Positions 10,201 through 19,484 of a stretch of 64,000 nucleotides of DNA are shown here, piece by piece. Where the stretch lies: positions 82,189-146,188 of the IMG/VR virus record IMGVR_UViG_3300030104_002421; one strand, written 5' to 3'. A program made the position numbers and the translations under genes. Under the pieces are notes generated by a model. The model saw nothing but the letters and a program-made list of their open reading frames with translations. It did no database searches and had not been told where the DNA came from. The stretch is from a virus. Each line of letters opens with the position of its first letter. Positions within the stretch are counted from its first letter, which is position 1.

Positions 10201-10295
10201 GATTATTTGATTGGTTTATAATTATGATATTAGGTGGTTATCTAGGTTACATTTTTTTACTTGCATTAATCAACACATTTTGCGACTGTATTTAG
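10197..10295 (+). CDS. Small hydrophobic protein (32 aa)
   Basis: MRLFDWFIIMILGGYLGYIFLLALINTFCDCI; ATGA overlap with upstream stop. Confidence 0.45.
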   Translation: MRLFDWFIIMILGGYLGYIFLLALINTFCDCI

Positions 10296-10433
10296 AGTAG
10301 CACATTACTGGCACATTATTGGCACAGTCCTGCCATGTTCAAAATGCATAGAGACTATTCAAATATAATGCATTACAAACATGTTAAAATATGTTATAAT
10401 ATGATAAATATTTTTGAACATGAAAGGAAAAAA

Positions 10434-10607
10434 GTGGCAACATTTATACAAAACATCTTGGAAGCATTTAGGGTTCCATCTATCGCTTATGGCAATAATT
10501 ATGATAATGTGGATCCAAATTTGGTCCGTTATTTTAGGACTGAATATGGAAGGGACTGGCAGAGCGAACTTAATCATCACCTCTATAAAATCAACAAAAA
10601 TAAGTAA
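10434..10607 (+). CDS. Small hypothetical protein (GTG start)
   Basis: GAAAGGA SD before GTG; LVRYFRTEYGRDW motif. Confidence 0.55.
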   Translation: MATFIQNILEAFRVPSIAYGNNYDNVDPNLVRYFRTEYGRDWQSELNHHLYKINKNK

Positions 10608-10616
10608 AGACTAGGC

Positions 10617-10645
10617 TTGACTTTTTAGCGGTTTTGTGATATAAT
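10617..10645 (+). promoter_or_regulatory. Sigma70-type promoter
   Basis: TTGACT-N17-TATAAT preceded by AGGC. Confidence 0.8.
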
Positions 10646-10655
10646 ACATAGTATT

Positions 10656-11177
10656 ATGAAACTGACAAAGTTATTTCCACGAATTATAGGCGAGACTACC
10701 AACAAAGACTTTGATTTACTAGAGGATATCTACAAAATACGAGATAATCCCTCTGGTACTCCAAAGAGTTGGGTATCAAATAAAACTTACAGTACATTTG
10801 GAAGAGACTTATGGGACTACCCAGCATTTCATCCTTATATGAAGTGGCAAGATAGTCAAGTCTTACAATATACATATGATTTAGATTACGAGTTTGAAAA
10901 GTTTAAATGTCAAACTTGGTTTAACATATATAAAAAGAATGACTTTCAGGAATTGCACAATCACGGCAACGAAGATATAAGTACAATCTTTATGGTCAAA
11001 GGACCTACAGAAAGTGCATATACATATTTTAAAGACTTTGCTTTACAAGACCAATATCGCTTTGACTTTGAAGAAGGTAAACTGTTGATATTTCCATCAC
11101 ATATGTTGCATGGAGTATCTCAACACCAATTAGATGATGAAAGGATTACTATTGCTAGTAATTATAAATTAACTTGA
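10656..11177 (+). CDS. 2OG-Fe(II) oxygenase-like protein
   Basis: WFNIY...QELHNH, LLIFPSHMLHGV, RITIASN. Confidence 0.8.
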   Translation: MKLTKLFPRIIGETTNKDFDLLEDIYKIRDNPSGTPKSWVSNKTYSTFGRDLWDYPAFHPYMKWQDSQVLQYTYDLDYEFEKFKCQTWFNIYKKNDFQELHNHGNEDISTIFMVKGPTESAYTYFKDFALQDQYRFDFEEGKLLIFPSHMLHGVSQHQLDDERITIASNYKLT

Positions 11178-12157
11178 TAGACTTACAATATTTACACCAG
11201 ATTTCCCACAAACTAGATAGATTTAAAAAGAAAAATCAAAACTTATATAACTTTAGATGTCCCTATTGTGGCGATAGTCAAAAGAAACAATCTAAAGCAA
11301 GAGGTTTTGTTTATCGTAGTAAACAAGATTATTTCTACAAATGCCATAATTGTGGTAAAGGTACTACATTAGGTAAACTTATAGAACATATTGACCCAGA
11401 TTTATATAAGAAGTGGGTAGTAGAGAAGTTTAAAAAAGGTTCTAAACAACACAAAGAACCTGATTTTGATTTTAAACCAGTAAAGTTTCCTGATAGTAAC
11501 TTAAATAAACTTACTAACTTTTCAAAGTTATCATCTGACCATCCGGCACTAGACTTTATCACTAAAAGAAAACTACAAGATTATATTGATAAATTTTATT
11601 TTGCACCTAAATTTATGACATGGGTAAACAGTATGATACCTAACAAGTTTCCAGAAGTAAAGAATGACCATCCTAGAGTAGTAATACCATTCTTTGATAC
11701 AAGTGGTAAGATGTTTGCTTTTCAAGGTCGAGCATTTGGTAAAGAAGAACCAAAATATATAACAATTAAACTAGATGAGAACAAAAGAAGAATATACGGA
11801 CTTGATACTATAAACATAAACAAAGATATTAAAGTTGTAGAAGGTCCTATTGATAGTCTATTTTTGTATAATGCCGTAGCATGTGCTGGTGCAGATATGG
11901 TTTTACCTAGAACAAAAAATAATGCTGTGTATATCTTTGACAATGAACCAAGAAATACCGTAATTATTCAAAAATTAGAAAATTTAATTACTCAAGGTTA
12001 CCGTGTATGTATTTGGCCTAAAAGCATAAAAGAAAAGGATATCAATGATTTAATACTTGCAGGTTACTCAAAAGTAGAGATAGAGGATATTATAAGTAGT
12101 AACACATTTTCAAAATTATCAGCAATACAACAATTAAACAATTATAAGGAGGTATAA
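11174..12157 (+). CDS. gp61: DNA primase (T4 gp61)
   Basis: FRCPYCGDS...KARG...CHNCG zinc finger; VEGPIDSLF and FDNEPRN TOPRIM motifs. Confidence 0.95.
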   Translation: MIDLQYLHQISHKLDRFKKKNQNLYNFRCPYCGDSQKKQSKARGFVYRSKQDYFYKCHNCGKGTTLGKLIEHIDPDLYKKWVVEKFKKGSKQHKEPDFDFKPVKFPDSNLNKLTNFSKLSSDHPALDFITKRKLQDYIDKFYFAPKFMTWVNSMIPNKFPEVKNDHPRVVIPFFDTSGKMFAFQGRAFGKEEPKYITIKLDENKRRIYGLDTININKDIKVVEGPIDSLFLYNAVACAGADMVLPRTKNNAVYIFDNEPRNTVIIQKLENLITQGYRVCIWPKSIKEKDINDLILAGYSKVEIEDIISSNTFSKLSAIQQLNNYKEV

Positions 12158-12158
12158 A

Positions 12159-14480
12159 TTGTCCCCAGACGCTATACAAGTTAAGAAACGAAACGGTAGG
12201 GGGTTAGAACCTCTGGATATACAAAAGATACATTCCATGGTAGGATTTGCATGTGAAGGTTTGTCTAATGTATCTGAAAGTCAAGTAGAAATGTCAAGTG
12301 GATTACAATTCTATGATGGCATGACTACAGATGAGATACAACAGATATTAATAAAATCAGCGAATGACTTAATCACTTTAGAAAATCCTAACTATCAATA
12401 TGTAGCGGCAAGATTGTTACTCTTTAGTCTTCGAAAATCTCTCCATCACAAATTATGGGACCACCCAACAGTAAAAGAACATGTACAGAAATGTATTGAG
12501 TTAGGTGTCTATGACAAAGAAATTGTAAACTGGTATGATGAGGATGAATTAGACCAAATGAACGGTTTTATAAAGCATGATAGAGATTATTTATTTTCTT
12601 ATGCAGGTATTCGTCAAGTTATAGATAAGTACCTAGTACAAGACCGTTCAAATGGGTCTATATTTGAAACACCGCAATTCATGTATATGATGATAGCGGC
12701 AACATTATTCAGAAATTATGATAAAGAAAGGAGAATGAGTTATGTTAAAAAATATTATAATGCGATTTCAAATCATCTTATCAATATTCCCACACCTGTT
12801 ATGGCTGGTGTTCGTACTCCTCTTCGCCAGTTTGCTAGTTGTGTTTTGGTCGATAGTGATGACACTTTGCCTAGCATTTTCTCTAGCGACATGGCTATTG
12901 GGCGTTATGTTTCCCAAAGGGCAGGAATTGGTATCAACGCTGGGAGAATCCGTGGAATCAACAGTAAGATTAGGGGTGGAGAAGTCCAGCATACTGGCGT
13001 TGTCCCTTTTCTCAAAAAATTTGAAGCAACCGTTAAATGCTGTACACAAAACGGTGTACGAGGCGGGTCAGCGACTGTACACTTTCCTATCTGGCACCAA
13101 GAGATAGAAGATATTATTGTTTTAAAGAACAATAAAGGTACGGAAGATAATAGAGTTAGAAAACTAGACTACTCTATACAAATATCAAAAATATTTTACG
13201 AAAGATTTATACAAGGTGAAGATATAACTTTATTCTCACCACATGAAGCACCAGGTCTATATGACGCTTTTGGTACGGAAGAGTTTGATGAAATGTATAT
13301 GATGTATGAAAGAAAAACTAGTGTAAAGAAAAAGAAGGTATCTGCTCAAAAATTATTTGGTGATATCTTAAAAGAAAGAGCAGAAACAGGTCGTATTTAC
13401 ATAATGAATATTGACCATTGTAATACTCATTCTAGTTTTAAAGACATGGTAAGAATGTCAAATTTATGTCAGGAAATAACACTACCTACAGACCCATTAC
13501 AACACATTGATGGCGAAGGAGAGATTGCATTATGTATTCTATCTGCTATAAATATGGGTTCAATTTCAGATAAGGAAGAGTTAGAAGGACTATGTGATTT
13601 ATCTGTACGAGGACTAGAGGAGTTGATTGACCTCCAACAATATCCAGTTAAGGCAGCAGAGATATCAACAAAAGCAAGGCGTAGTTTAGGCGTTGGTTAT
13701 ATTGGTCTGGCACACTTCTTAGCAAAGAACAAAGTTAAGTATGAAAGTAAAGAGGCATGGAGATTAATTGATGAATATACTGAAGCATTCCAATATTATT
13801 TACTTAAATCAAGTAACGAAATAGCAAAAGAGAAAGGTGCTTGTGAATACTTTGATAAGACTAAATATTCAGATGGTATACTACCTATTGACACTTATAA
13901 GAAAGATGTTGATACACTAGTTAAAAGAAAGTTGAGTTATGATTGGACTGCTCTTGGAAAGAGTATCAAAGAAACCGGACTACGACATTCCACATTGTCA
14001 GCACAAATGCCTAGTGAAAGTTCGTCTGTGGTGTCAAATGAAACGAATGGTATTGAACCGCCCAGAGACTACTTGTCTATTAAGAAAAGTAAAAAAGGAC
14101 CACTTAAACAAATAGTACCTGGTTACCCTAATCTAAAAAATTATTACACTTTACTATGGGATATGCCTGGTAACGAAGGTTATATTAATATAGTTGCAGT
14201 TATGCAAAAGTATTTTGACCAAGCGATATCTGGTAACTGGTCATATAATCCTGAACAGTATGAGGGTAATGAAGTCCCTATTTCAGTTATGGCAAAAGAT
14301 TTGTTGACTACATATAAACTAGGTTGGAAAACATCTTATTATCAAAATACATATGATAGTAAAAGTGATAATGATGAACCTGCTCATAGTATAGGAGGTC
14401 CTGAACAAGAATTAAAAACTAGACAAGAATTTAATTCAAAGGAAGAATATGAGGAATATTGTGAGAGCTGTGCTATATGA
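12159..14480 (+). CDS. nrdA: Ribonucleotide reductase class Ia, alpha subunit
   Basis: ATP cone, PTPVMAG, FASCVL, SNLCQEI, C-terminal CESC. Confidence 0.98.
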   Translation: MSPDAIQVKKRNGRGLEPLDIQKIHSMVGFACEGLSNVSESQVEMSSGLQFYDGMTTDEIQQILIKSANDLITLENPNYQYVAARLLLFSLRKSLHHKLWDHPTVKEHVQKCIELGVYDKEIVNWYDEDELDQMNGFIKHDRDYLFSYAGIRQVIDKYLVQDRSNGSIFETPQFMYMMIAATLFRNYDKERRMSYVKKYYNAISNHLINIPTPVMAGVRTPLRQFASCVLVDSDDTLPSIFSSDMAIGRYVSQRAGIGINAGRIRGINSKIRGGEVQHTGVVPFLKKFEATVKCCTQNGVRGGSATVHFPIWHQEIEDIIVLKNNKGTEDNRVRKLDYSIQISKIFYERFIQGEDITLFSPHEAPGLYDAFGTEEFDEMYMMYERKTSVKKKKVSAQKLFGDILKERAETGRIYIMNIDHCNTHSSFKDMVRMSNLCQEITLPTDPLQHIDGEGEIALCILSAINMGSISDKEELEGLCDLSVRGLEELIDLQQYPVKAAEISTKARRSLGVGYIGLAHFLAKNKVKYESKEAWRLIDEYTEAFQYYLLKSSNEIAKEKGACEYFDKTKYSDGILPIDTYKKDVDTLVKRKLSYDWTALGKSIKETGLRHSTLSAQMPSESSSVVSNETNGIEPPRDYLSIKKSKKGPLKQIVPGYPNLKNYYTLLWDMPGNEGYINIVAVMQKYFDQAISGNWSYNPEQYEGNEVPISVMAKDLLTTYKLGWKTSYYQNTYDSKSDNDEPAHSIGGPEQELKTRQEFNSKEEYEEYCESCAI

Positions 14481-14971
14481 TAAAAGTTTTTGATAACAAA
14501 GTACCTTATCATGTACAATCTGATGTATATAATTTTATTATCAATTCAACATTTGAGTTAAAAGGTTGGCAAGATAGAAACGATATTGAAAAGTTTGATT
14601 TACATAGTAAGTGGAGTATTGACGATATAAGAAACTCTAAACTTTATCCTTACATAGATAACATACAATCATTTGATAACTTTGATTATTGTATGGTCAA
14701 TCTAACAAAACCTGGTGACCATTACTATACACATACACATGGCGAAGGTTCAAATATTGTATTATACTATGCTAATTTAGAATGGCAAGATGGTTGGGCA
14801 GGCGAAACATTATTTTATGATGACCAAAGAAACTGTAAAATGGCATATGATTATGTACCAGGAAGATTATTAATGTTTGATGGTACAGAACCACATAGTA
14901 TTCGTCCACAATCATTTAGTGGACCTCAATATAGATTTACAGTATCAGTATTTTTTAAGGACAAAGCATGA
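14477..14971 (+). CDS. 2OG-Fe(II) oxygenase (prolyl-hydroxylase-like)
   Basis: LYYANLEWQDGWAGET, PGRLLMFDG..PHSIRP, RFTV. Confidence 0.8.
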   Translation: MIKVFDNKVPYHVQSDVYNFIINSTFELKGWQDRNDIEKFDLHSKWSIDDIRNSKLYPYIDNIQSFDNFDYCMVNLTKPGDHYYTHTHGEGSNIVLYYANLEWQDGWAGETLFYDDQRNCKMAYDYVPGRLLMFDGTEPHSIRPQSFSGPQYRFTVSVFFKDKA

Positions 14972-15495
14972 TTACAGTTATTGAAAATAAATTTGAAAAA
15001 AGAGAAATGGAACATCTTATTAATATCTATGAAAAGAATATTAATTTAAGACAAATAGACAAATACGGTACGGAAGTTATAAGTTGGTTTGATTTACCAG
15101 AAGAAATAGACGATAATACTTTATTTGTATCCAGAATATTAACACAATATGCTCAGATAATTAATAACTATACTTACTTTACAGGTAAAAATGATTTGAA
15201 AGTAAGGTATATACATTTAGAAAAACACTACAATGGTAATGTTAAAGAATGGGATAATGAAAAAGCATGGAACAGATTAAACATACACATTCCATTAAAC
15301 AAAGTATCTGGTGGTGCCTATAAATTTGTAGGTAGTACGGTTTATCCTAAACCAGGTTATGTTATAATGTTTGATGGACTAGAAAATTGGTGGTCAATTG
15401 ATAGCGTGAACGAAGGAGAAAAACTATATAAACTAGTAATACAATATGAAAATGTTGACCCTAGTTTAGACTATGACGGTAAGGAGAATGAATGA
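14968..15495 (+). CDS. Divergent 2OG-Fe(II) oxygenase-like protein
   Basis: IPLN..SGG, PKPGYVIMFDG; metal ligands look degenerate. Confidence 0.5.
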   Translation: MITVIENKFEKREMEHLINIYEKNINLRQIDKYGTEVISWFDLPEEIDDNTLFVSRILTQYAQIINNYTYFTGKNDLKVRYIHLEKHYNGNVKEWDNEKAWNRLNIHIPLNKVSGGAYKFVGSTVYPKPGYVIMFDGLENWWSIDSVNEGEKLYKLVIQYENVDPSLDYDGKENE

Positions 15496-16598
15496 GTAAG
15501 AGTGTCTATAATAAAAATGCAAAAGTAGATTTCACTAAACAACCTATGTTTTTTGGTGAAGACAATGGAGTACAACGGTATGATACATTTAAGTATCCTG
15601 TTTTTGATAAACTAACAGACCATCAATTAGGTTTGTTTTGGCGACCACAAGAAGTATCTTTACAAAAAGATAGAAATGATTGGGCAGAATTACGACCAGA
15701 ACAAAAACATATATTTACAAGTAATTTAAGATATCAAACATTATTAGATAGTGTACAAGGGCGTGGTCCATGTTTAGCATTTTTACCTTTCTGTTCTTTA
15801 CCAGAAATAGAAGGATGTATATTGGTATGGGACTTTATGGAATCTATACATTCCAGGTCTTATACATACATAATAAAAAATGTTTACAGTAATCCTGGTG
15901 AAGTTTTTGATGAGATATTAAAAGATAAGTATATCACAGAAAGAGCAGAAGCAGTTACAAAAACTTATGATGAATTAATTAATGACGGTCAAAGATGGGT
16001 ACTTAATAGAGAAGGTGACCTAAAAGAAGTAAAAAGAAAACTTTGGCGTGCTTTAATTAATGTGAATATATTAGAAGGCATAAGATTTTATGTTTCATTT
16101 GCATGTACATTTTCTTTTGGTGAATTAAAACTCATGGAAGGAAGTGCAAAGATTATATCACTAATTGCAAGAGACGAAAGTCAACATCTTGCAGTAAGTC
16201 AACATATAATTAAAAACTATATGAAGAATGAAGGTGATAAGCAAATGTTACAAGTCATTAAAGAAGAAGAACAACATGTCATTCAAATGTATAAAGACGC
16301 TGTAGACCAAGAGAAAAGGTGGGCAGAATATCTATTTAAAGATGGTAGTATGATAGGTTTAAATACAAAATTATTATCTAACTATGTTGAATGGATTGCC
16401 AATAAACGAATGAGAGCAATAGGACTAAAACCATTATACGACCAACCTGCTAATCAAAATCCATTACCATGGACAGAGCATTGGTTAAATAGTAGAGGTC
16501 TTCAAAATGCTCCACAAGAAACGGAGATAGAAAGTTATGTTGTTGGTGGTATTAAACAAGATGTCGAAAAGGACAGTTTCAAAGGATTTGCATTATGA
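15492..16598 (+). CDS. nrdB: Ribonucleotide reductase class Ia, beta subunit
   Basis: FWRPQEV, ESIHSRSY, LEGIRFYVSF, ARDESQH, APQETEIESY. Confidence 0.98.
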   Translation: MSKSVYNKNAKVDFTKQPMFFGEDNGVQRYDTFKYPVFDKLTDHQLGLFWRPQEVSLQKDRNDWAELRPEQKHIFTSNLRYQTLLDSVQGRGPCLAFLPFCSLPEIEGCILVWDFMESIHSRSYTYIIKNVYSNPGEVFDEILKDKYITERAEAVTKTYDELINDGQRWVLNREGDLKEVKRKLWRALINVNILEGIRFYVSFACTFSFGELKLMEGSAKIISLIARDESQHLAVSQHIIKNYMKNEGDKQMLQVIKEEEQHVIQMYKDAVDQEKRWAEYLFKDGSMIGLNTKLLSNYVEWIANKRMRAIGLKPLYDQPANQNPLPWTEHWLNSRGLQNAPQETEIESYVVGGIKQDVEKDSFKGFAL

Positions 16599-16741
16599 TA
16601 ATTTGTGAGGAGTGTGAGGCAGAATTTAAGATAAAGGTACTAAATGAATTACCAGTAAAATTTTGTCCATGCTGTGGCGAAGCATTGCATAATGATGGTG
16701 AATGGGAAATAGATGATGAAGACACAATCAGCGAAAGCTAA
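16595..16741 (+). CDS. Small zinc-ribbon protein (48 aa, missing from ORF track)
   Basis: MIICEECEAEF...FCPCCGE, two CxxC; ATGA overlap with nrdB stop. Confidence 0.7.
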   Translation: MIICEECEAEFKIKVLNELPVKFCPCCGEALHNDGEWEIDDEDTISES

Positions 16742-17045
16742 AGGTAGACGATTACAACAATGGTTTAGAGACTTACTTATAGAAACTTTAGGTATTCATC
16801 CTGAAGATATTGAAAGTAGGTCTATGGGTGCAGGCGGCGAAGACTTAATAATGGCAAGAGCGGCAAGAGAAAAGATACCTGTAAGTATTGAATGTAAGAA
16901 CCAAGAGAAGATTAATATTTGGGAATCATATAAACAAGCAGAGCAAAATTCTGGTAAGTATGAACCTATAGTTGTATTCTCAAAAAATAATCACCCTAAA
17001 TTAGTTTGTGTAAGTGCAGAATATTTTGTGAAGTTACATAAATGA
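16713..17045 (+). CDS. PD-(D/E)XK endonuclease, Holliday-junction-resolvase-like
   Basis: AKAKGRRLQ, GEDLIM, SIECKNQE. Confidence 0.8.
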   Translation: MMKTQSAKAKGRRLQQWFRDLLIETLGIHPEDIESRSMGAGGEDLIMARAAREKIPVSIECKNQEKINIWESYKQAEQNSGKYEPIVVFSKNNHPKLVCVSAEYFVKLHK

Positions 17046-17692
17046 TACTAACAGGTGTAGATAGCAACCACGAGGATATACTTGACTGGTGGATAAAAAA
17101 TGCAAAGAAATTCGTAAAGAACGAAACAATAGGTGTTTGGGATTTTGGTATTACACCTATGACAAGAAGTATTATCGAAAATAATCATCCTGATATTTGG
17201 TTATCAAAACCATTAGAAAAACATAAAACATCAGGTTGGTTCTACAAATTACACGCTGTTATAGAAGCACCTGAAAAAAGAGTTGCATGGTTAGATGTAG
17301 ATTGCGAAATATTAACTGATATATCAGATGTATTTGATTTAGTAAAACCTGATACAATAGGTCTTACTAGAGATTGGGTAAGAGACGATTGGTGGGCAAC
17401 AGGTGTGATTGTAGTAAATGATAGACCATCTTTGTTAGAAACATGGAATAATAGATTAAACAAAGGTGATGGTATAAGAGGTGACCAAGAGGCATTGAAA
17501 GATTTAGTAGGAAGACACACCCACCCACAGATAACAGAATTACCACAAGAATATCAATGGTTGAGAATATCGCTAAATAAAGGCAGAAATAGTCCAGATA
17601 AAAAAGTTATACATTGGACAGGACCTAAAGGCAAAAAATTTATAAGAGAACATTTACAACATGGAAGAAAGTACACAGGACAACAAGTATGA
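17042..17692 (+). CDS. Nucleotide-diphospho-sugar transferase (GT-A, GT8-like)
   Basis: WLDVD DxD motif, GDQEAL, IHWTG. Confidence 0.75.
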   Translation: MILTGVDSNHEDILDWWIKNAKKFVKNETIGVWDFGITPMTRSIIENNHPDIWLSKPLEKHKTSGWFYKLHAVIEAPEKRVAWLDVDCEILTDISDVFDLVKPDTIGLTRDWVRDDWWATGVIVVNDRPSLLETWNNRLNKGDGIRGDQEALKDLVGRHTHPQITELPQEYQWLRISLNKGRNSPDKKVIHWTGPKGKKFIREHLQHGRKYTGQQV

Positions 17693-18777
17693 TAAAAGAT
17701 AATACGATATCTATTTTGACACCAACAAGAAACAGACCAAACAATTGTGAAAGATTTATAAAATCAATTTACAACACAGCAAAAAATCCAGGCAATATTG
17801 AATTACATTTTTATGTTGATAATGATGACCCAAGTTTAGAGGCATATAAGTCTTTAGCAAAACATTGTTATGAAGAATATAATAAATTTTATAAATGTGA
17901 GTTTGAGTTTGGTGAGCCAATGTCAGTTTCACAATCATGGAATATTATTGCAACCAAGTCAACAAGTTATCTTTTGATTATGGGTAATGATGATTTAATT
18001 TATAGAACACCTGAATGGGATACAAGACTTATACAAAACTTAGCAATAAAATATAAACAAGACCCATTATGGGTATCATGGTTTAATGATGGCATAAATG
18101 CTGATAGACATTGTGCCTTTCCTATTATTAGTAGAGAATGGTATGATACAGTAGGATATTTTGCACCAGGTTGTTTTAACTTTGGTTACAATGATACATG
18201 GGTTTTTGATATTGCAAAAAGATTAGATAGAACACATTATATACCTGATATATTAGTTGAACATATGCATTTCTCAAAAGGTAAAAGTGATATGGACGAT
18301 ACATATGCTCGTAATAGAACACAATCAAAAGGCAATCTATATGCAATTGATAAAGGTATATTCTTCCGTGCTGACATGGTAAAAAGACGAGAAGAAGAAG
18401 CCGCAAATGTACAAAAATTAATTGATAAACTTGAAGGTCCTAATTTAATTGCAAAAGAGATAGAAGAAATAAATGAATATGAATTAGAATGGGTATATAA
18501 ATTAAATAAAGAATGGTCAGGTGCAAGTCATAAGTTAAAAGAAGACCCATTACCAGAACAAACAAAACAATTTAAGGAGTTATGTGAAAGTATTAAAATG
18601 CATGGCATGAAATATCCTATATTGATTGATAGTCAAAATAGAGTATTACGAGGCAATCAACGAGTATGGTATGCTATTGATAATGGTTTAAAATGTATAA
18701 GTTGTTATAGAATTAGAGATAGTGAGATTGATAAGTGGATACAAAAGACATACATAAATAGAGAAGAATATCCATGA
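17689..18777 (+). CDS. GT2 glycosyltransferase fused to C-terminal ParB-like domain
   Basis: ISILTPTRNRP, MGNDD; C-terminal SIKMHGMKYPILID...GNQRV. Confidence 0.7.
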   Translation: MIKDNTISILTPTRNRPNNCERFIKSIYNTAKNPGNIELHFYVDNDDPSLEAYKSLAKHCYEEYNKFYKCEFEFGEPMSVSQSWNIIATKSTSYLLIMGNDDLIYRTPEWDTRLIQNLAIKYKQDPLWVSWFNDGINADRHCAFPIISREWYDTVGYFAPGCFNFGYNDTWVFDIAKRLDRTHYIPDILVEHMHFSKGKSDMDDTYARNRTQSKGNLYAIDKGIFFRADMVKRREEEAANVQKLIDKLEGPNLIAKEIEEINEYELEWVYKLNKEWSGASHKLKEDPLPEQTKQFKELCESIKMHGMKYPILIDSQNRVLRGNQRVWYAIDNGLKCISCYRIRDSEIDKWIQKTYINREEYP

Positions 18778-19484
18778 AATATGCTATCTATAGAATACAC
18801 TACGGACTAGACCACCTAGGTAAATCATTAGATAGTATTGTTAATCATGTTGACAAAATATTCGTCTTTTGGTCTAAACAACCTTGGTATAAAGAATGTA
18901 AAAATCTACCACCTATGAATGAGAATGTTGGAGAATTTTGTAAGAAGTATAGTAAAGTTACAGTATTTGAAAGAGAGTATGACCAACCAGACAATCAATT
19001 TAAAAAAATGTATGATGAGATATGTGCATATTATCCTAGACCTCATCAAGTCTTAATGATGGAACCTGATATGGTTTGGGGTGATGAGATAAAAGAAATT
19101 TGGAATATAAAAGAAAAAGAAATGTCTTTTTATCAAATAGAGTTTTGGAAAACAGACGAATGGTATATCAAAAGAAATAGACAAGGTCCTACCTTGTGGA
19201 ATGGAGCGCCTGATAGAACACAAAAAGGGTGTTGGAATACAAGAGATTTAGCACACTCAACAATCAGGTGTTATAACTATGGTTTCTGTTTATCAAAAGA
19301 AGTCATGTTATACAAACATGAAGTGGCAATACAATCATCTAAATATTATAGAGATAGTCAACCAAGTGTTGAATGGTATGAAAAGAAATGGCTAAATTGG
19401 ACACCAGAGACGGAAGATTTAGAAATATCAGAAAACTATAAACATTATATAAAGAGAGCAGAACCATGGCATTACCCAAAATAA
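18774..19484 (+). CDS. Glycosyltransferase-like protein
   Basis: SLDSIVNHVDKIFV, MEPD as DxD-like; cluster context. Confidence 0.5.
   Translation: MKYAIYRIHYGLDHLGKSLDSIVNHVDKIFVFWSKQPWYKECKNLPPMNENVGEFCKKYSKVTVFEREYDQPDNQFKKMYDEICAYYPRPHQVLMMEPDMVWGDEIKEIWNIKEKEMSFYQIEFWKTDEWYIKRNRQGPTLWNGAPDRTQKGCWNTRDLAHSTIRCYNYGFCLSKEVMLYKHEVAIQSSKYYRDSQPSVEWYEKKWLNWTPETEDLEISENYKHYIKRAEPWHYPK

Noticed and set aside
10320-10333. Sigma54 promoter TGGCAC...TGC
   Set aside because: GG-to-GC spacing is 9 nt rather than the required 10.
12159-16598. Introns or inteins in nrdA/nrdB
   Set aside because: Both ORFs are continuous and of normal length; the intervening genes are oxygenase-like, not homing nucleases.
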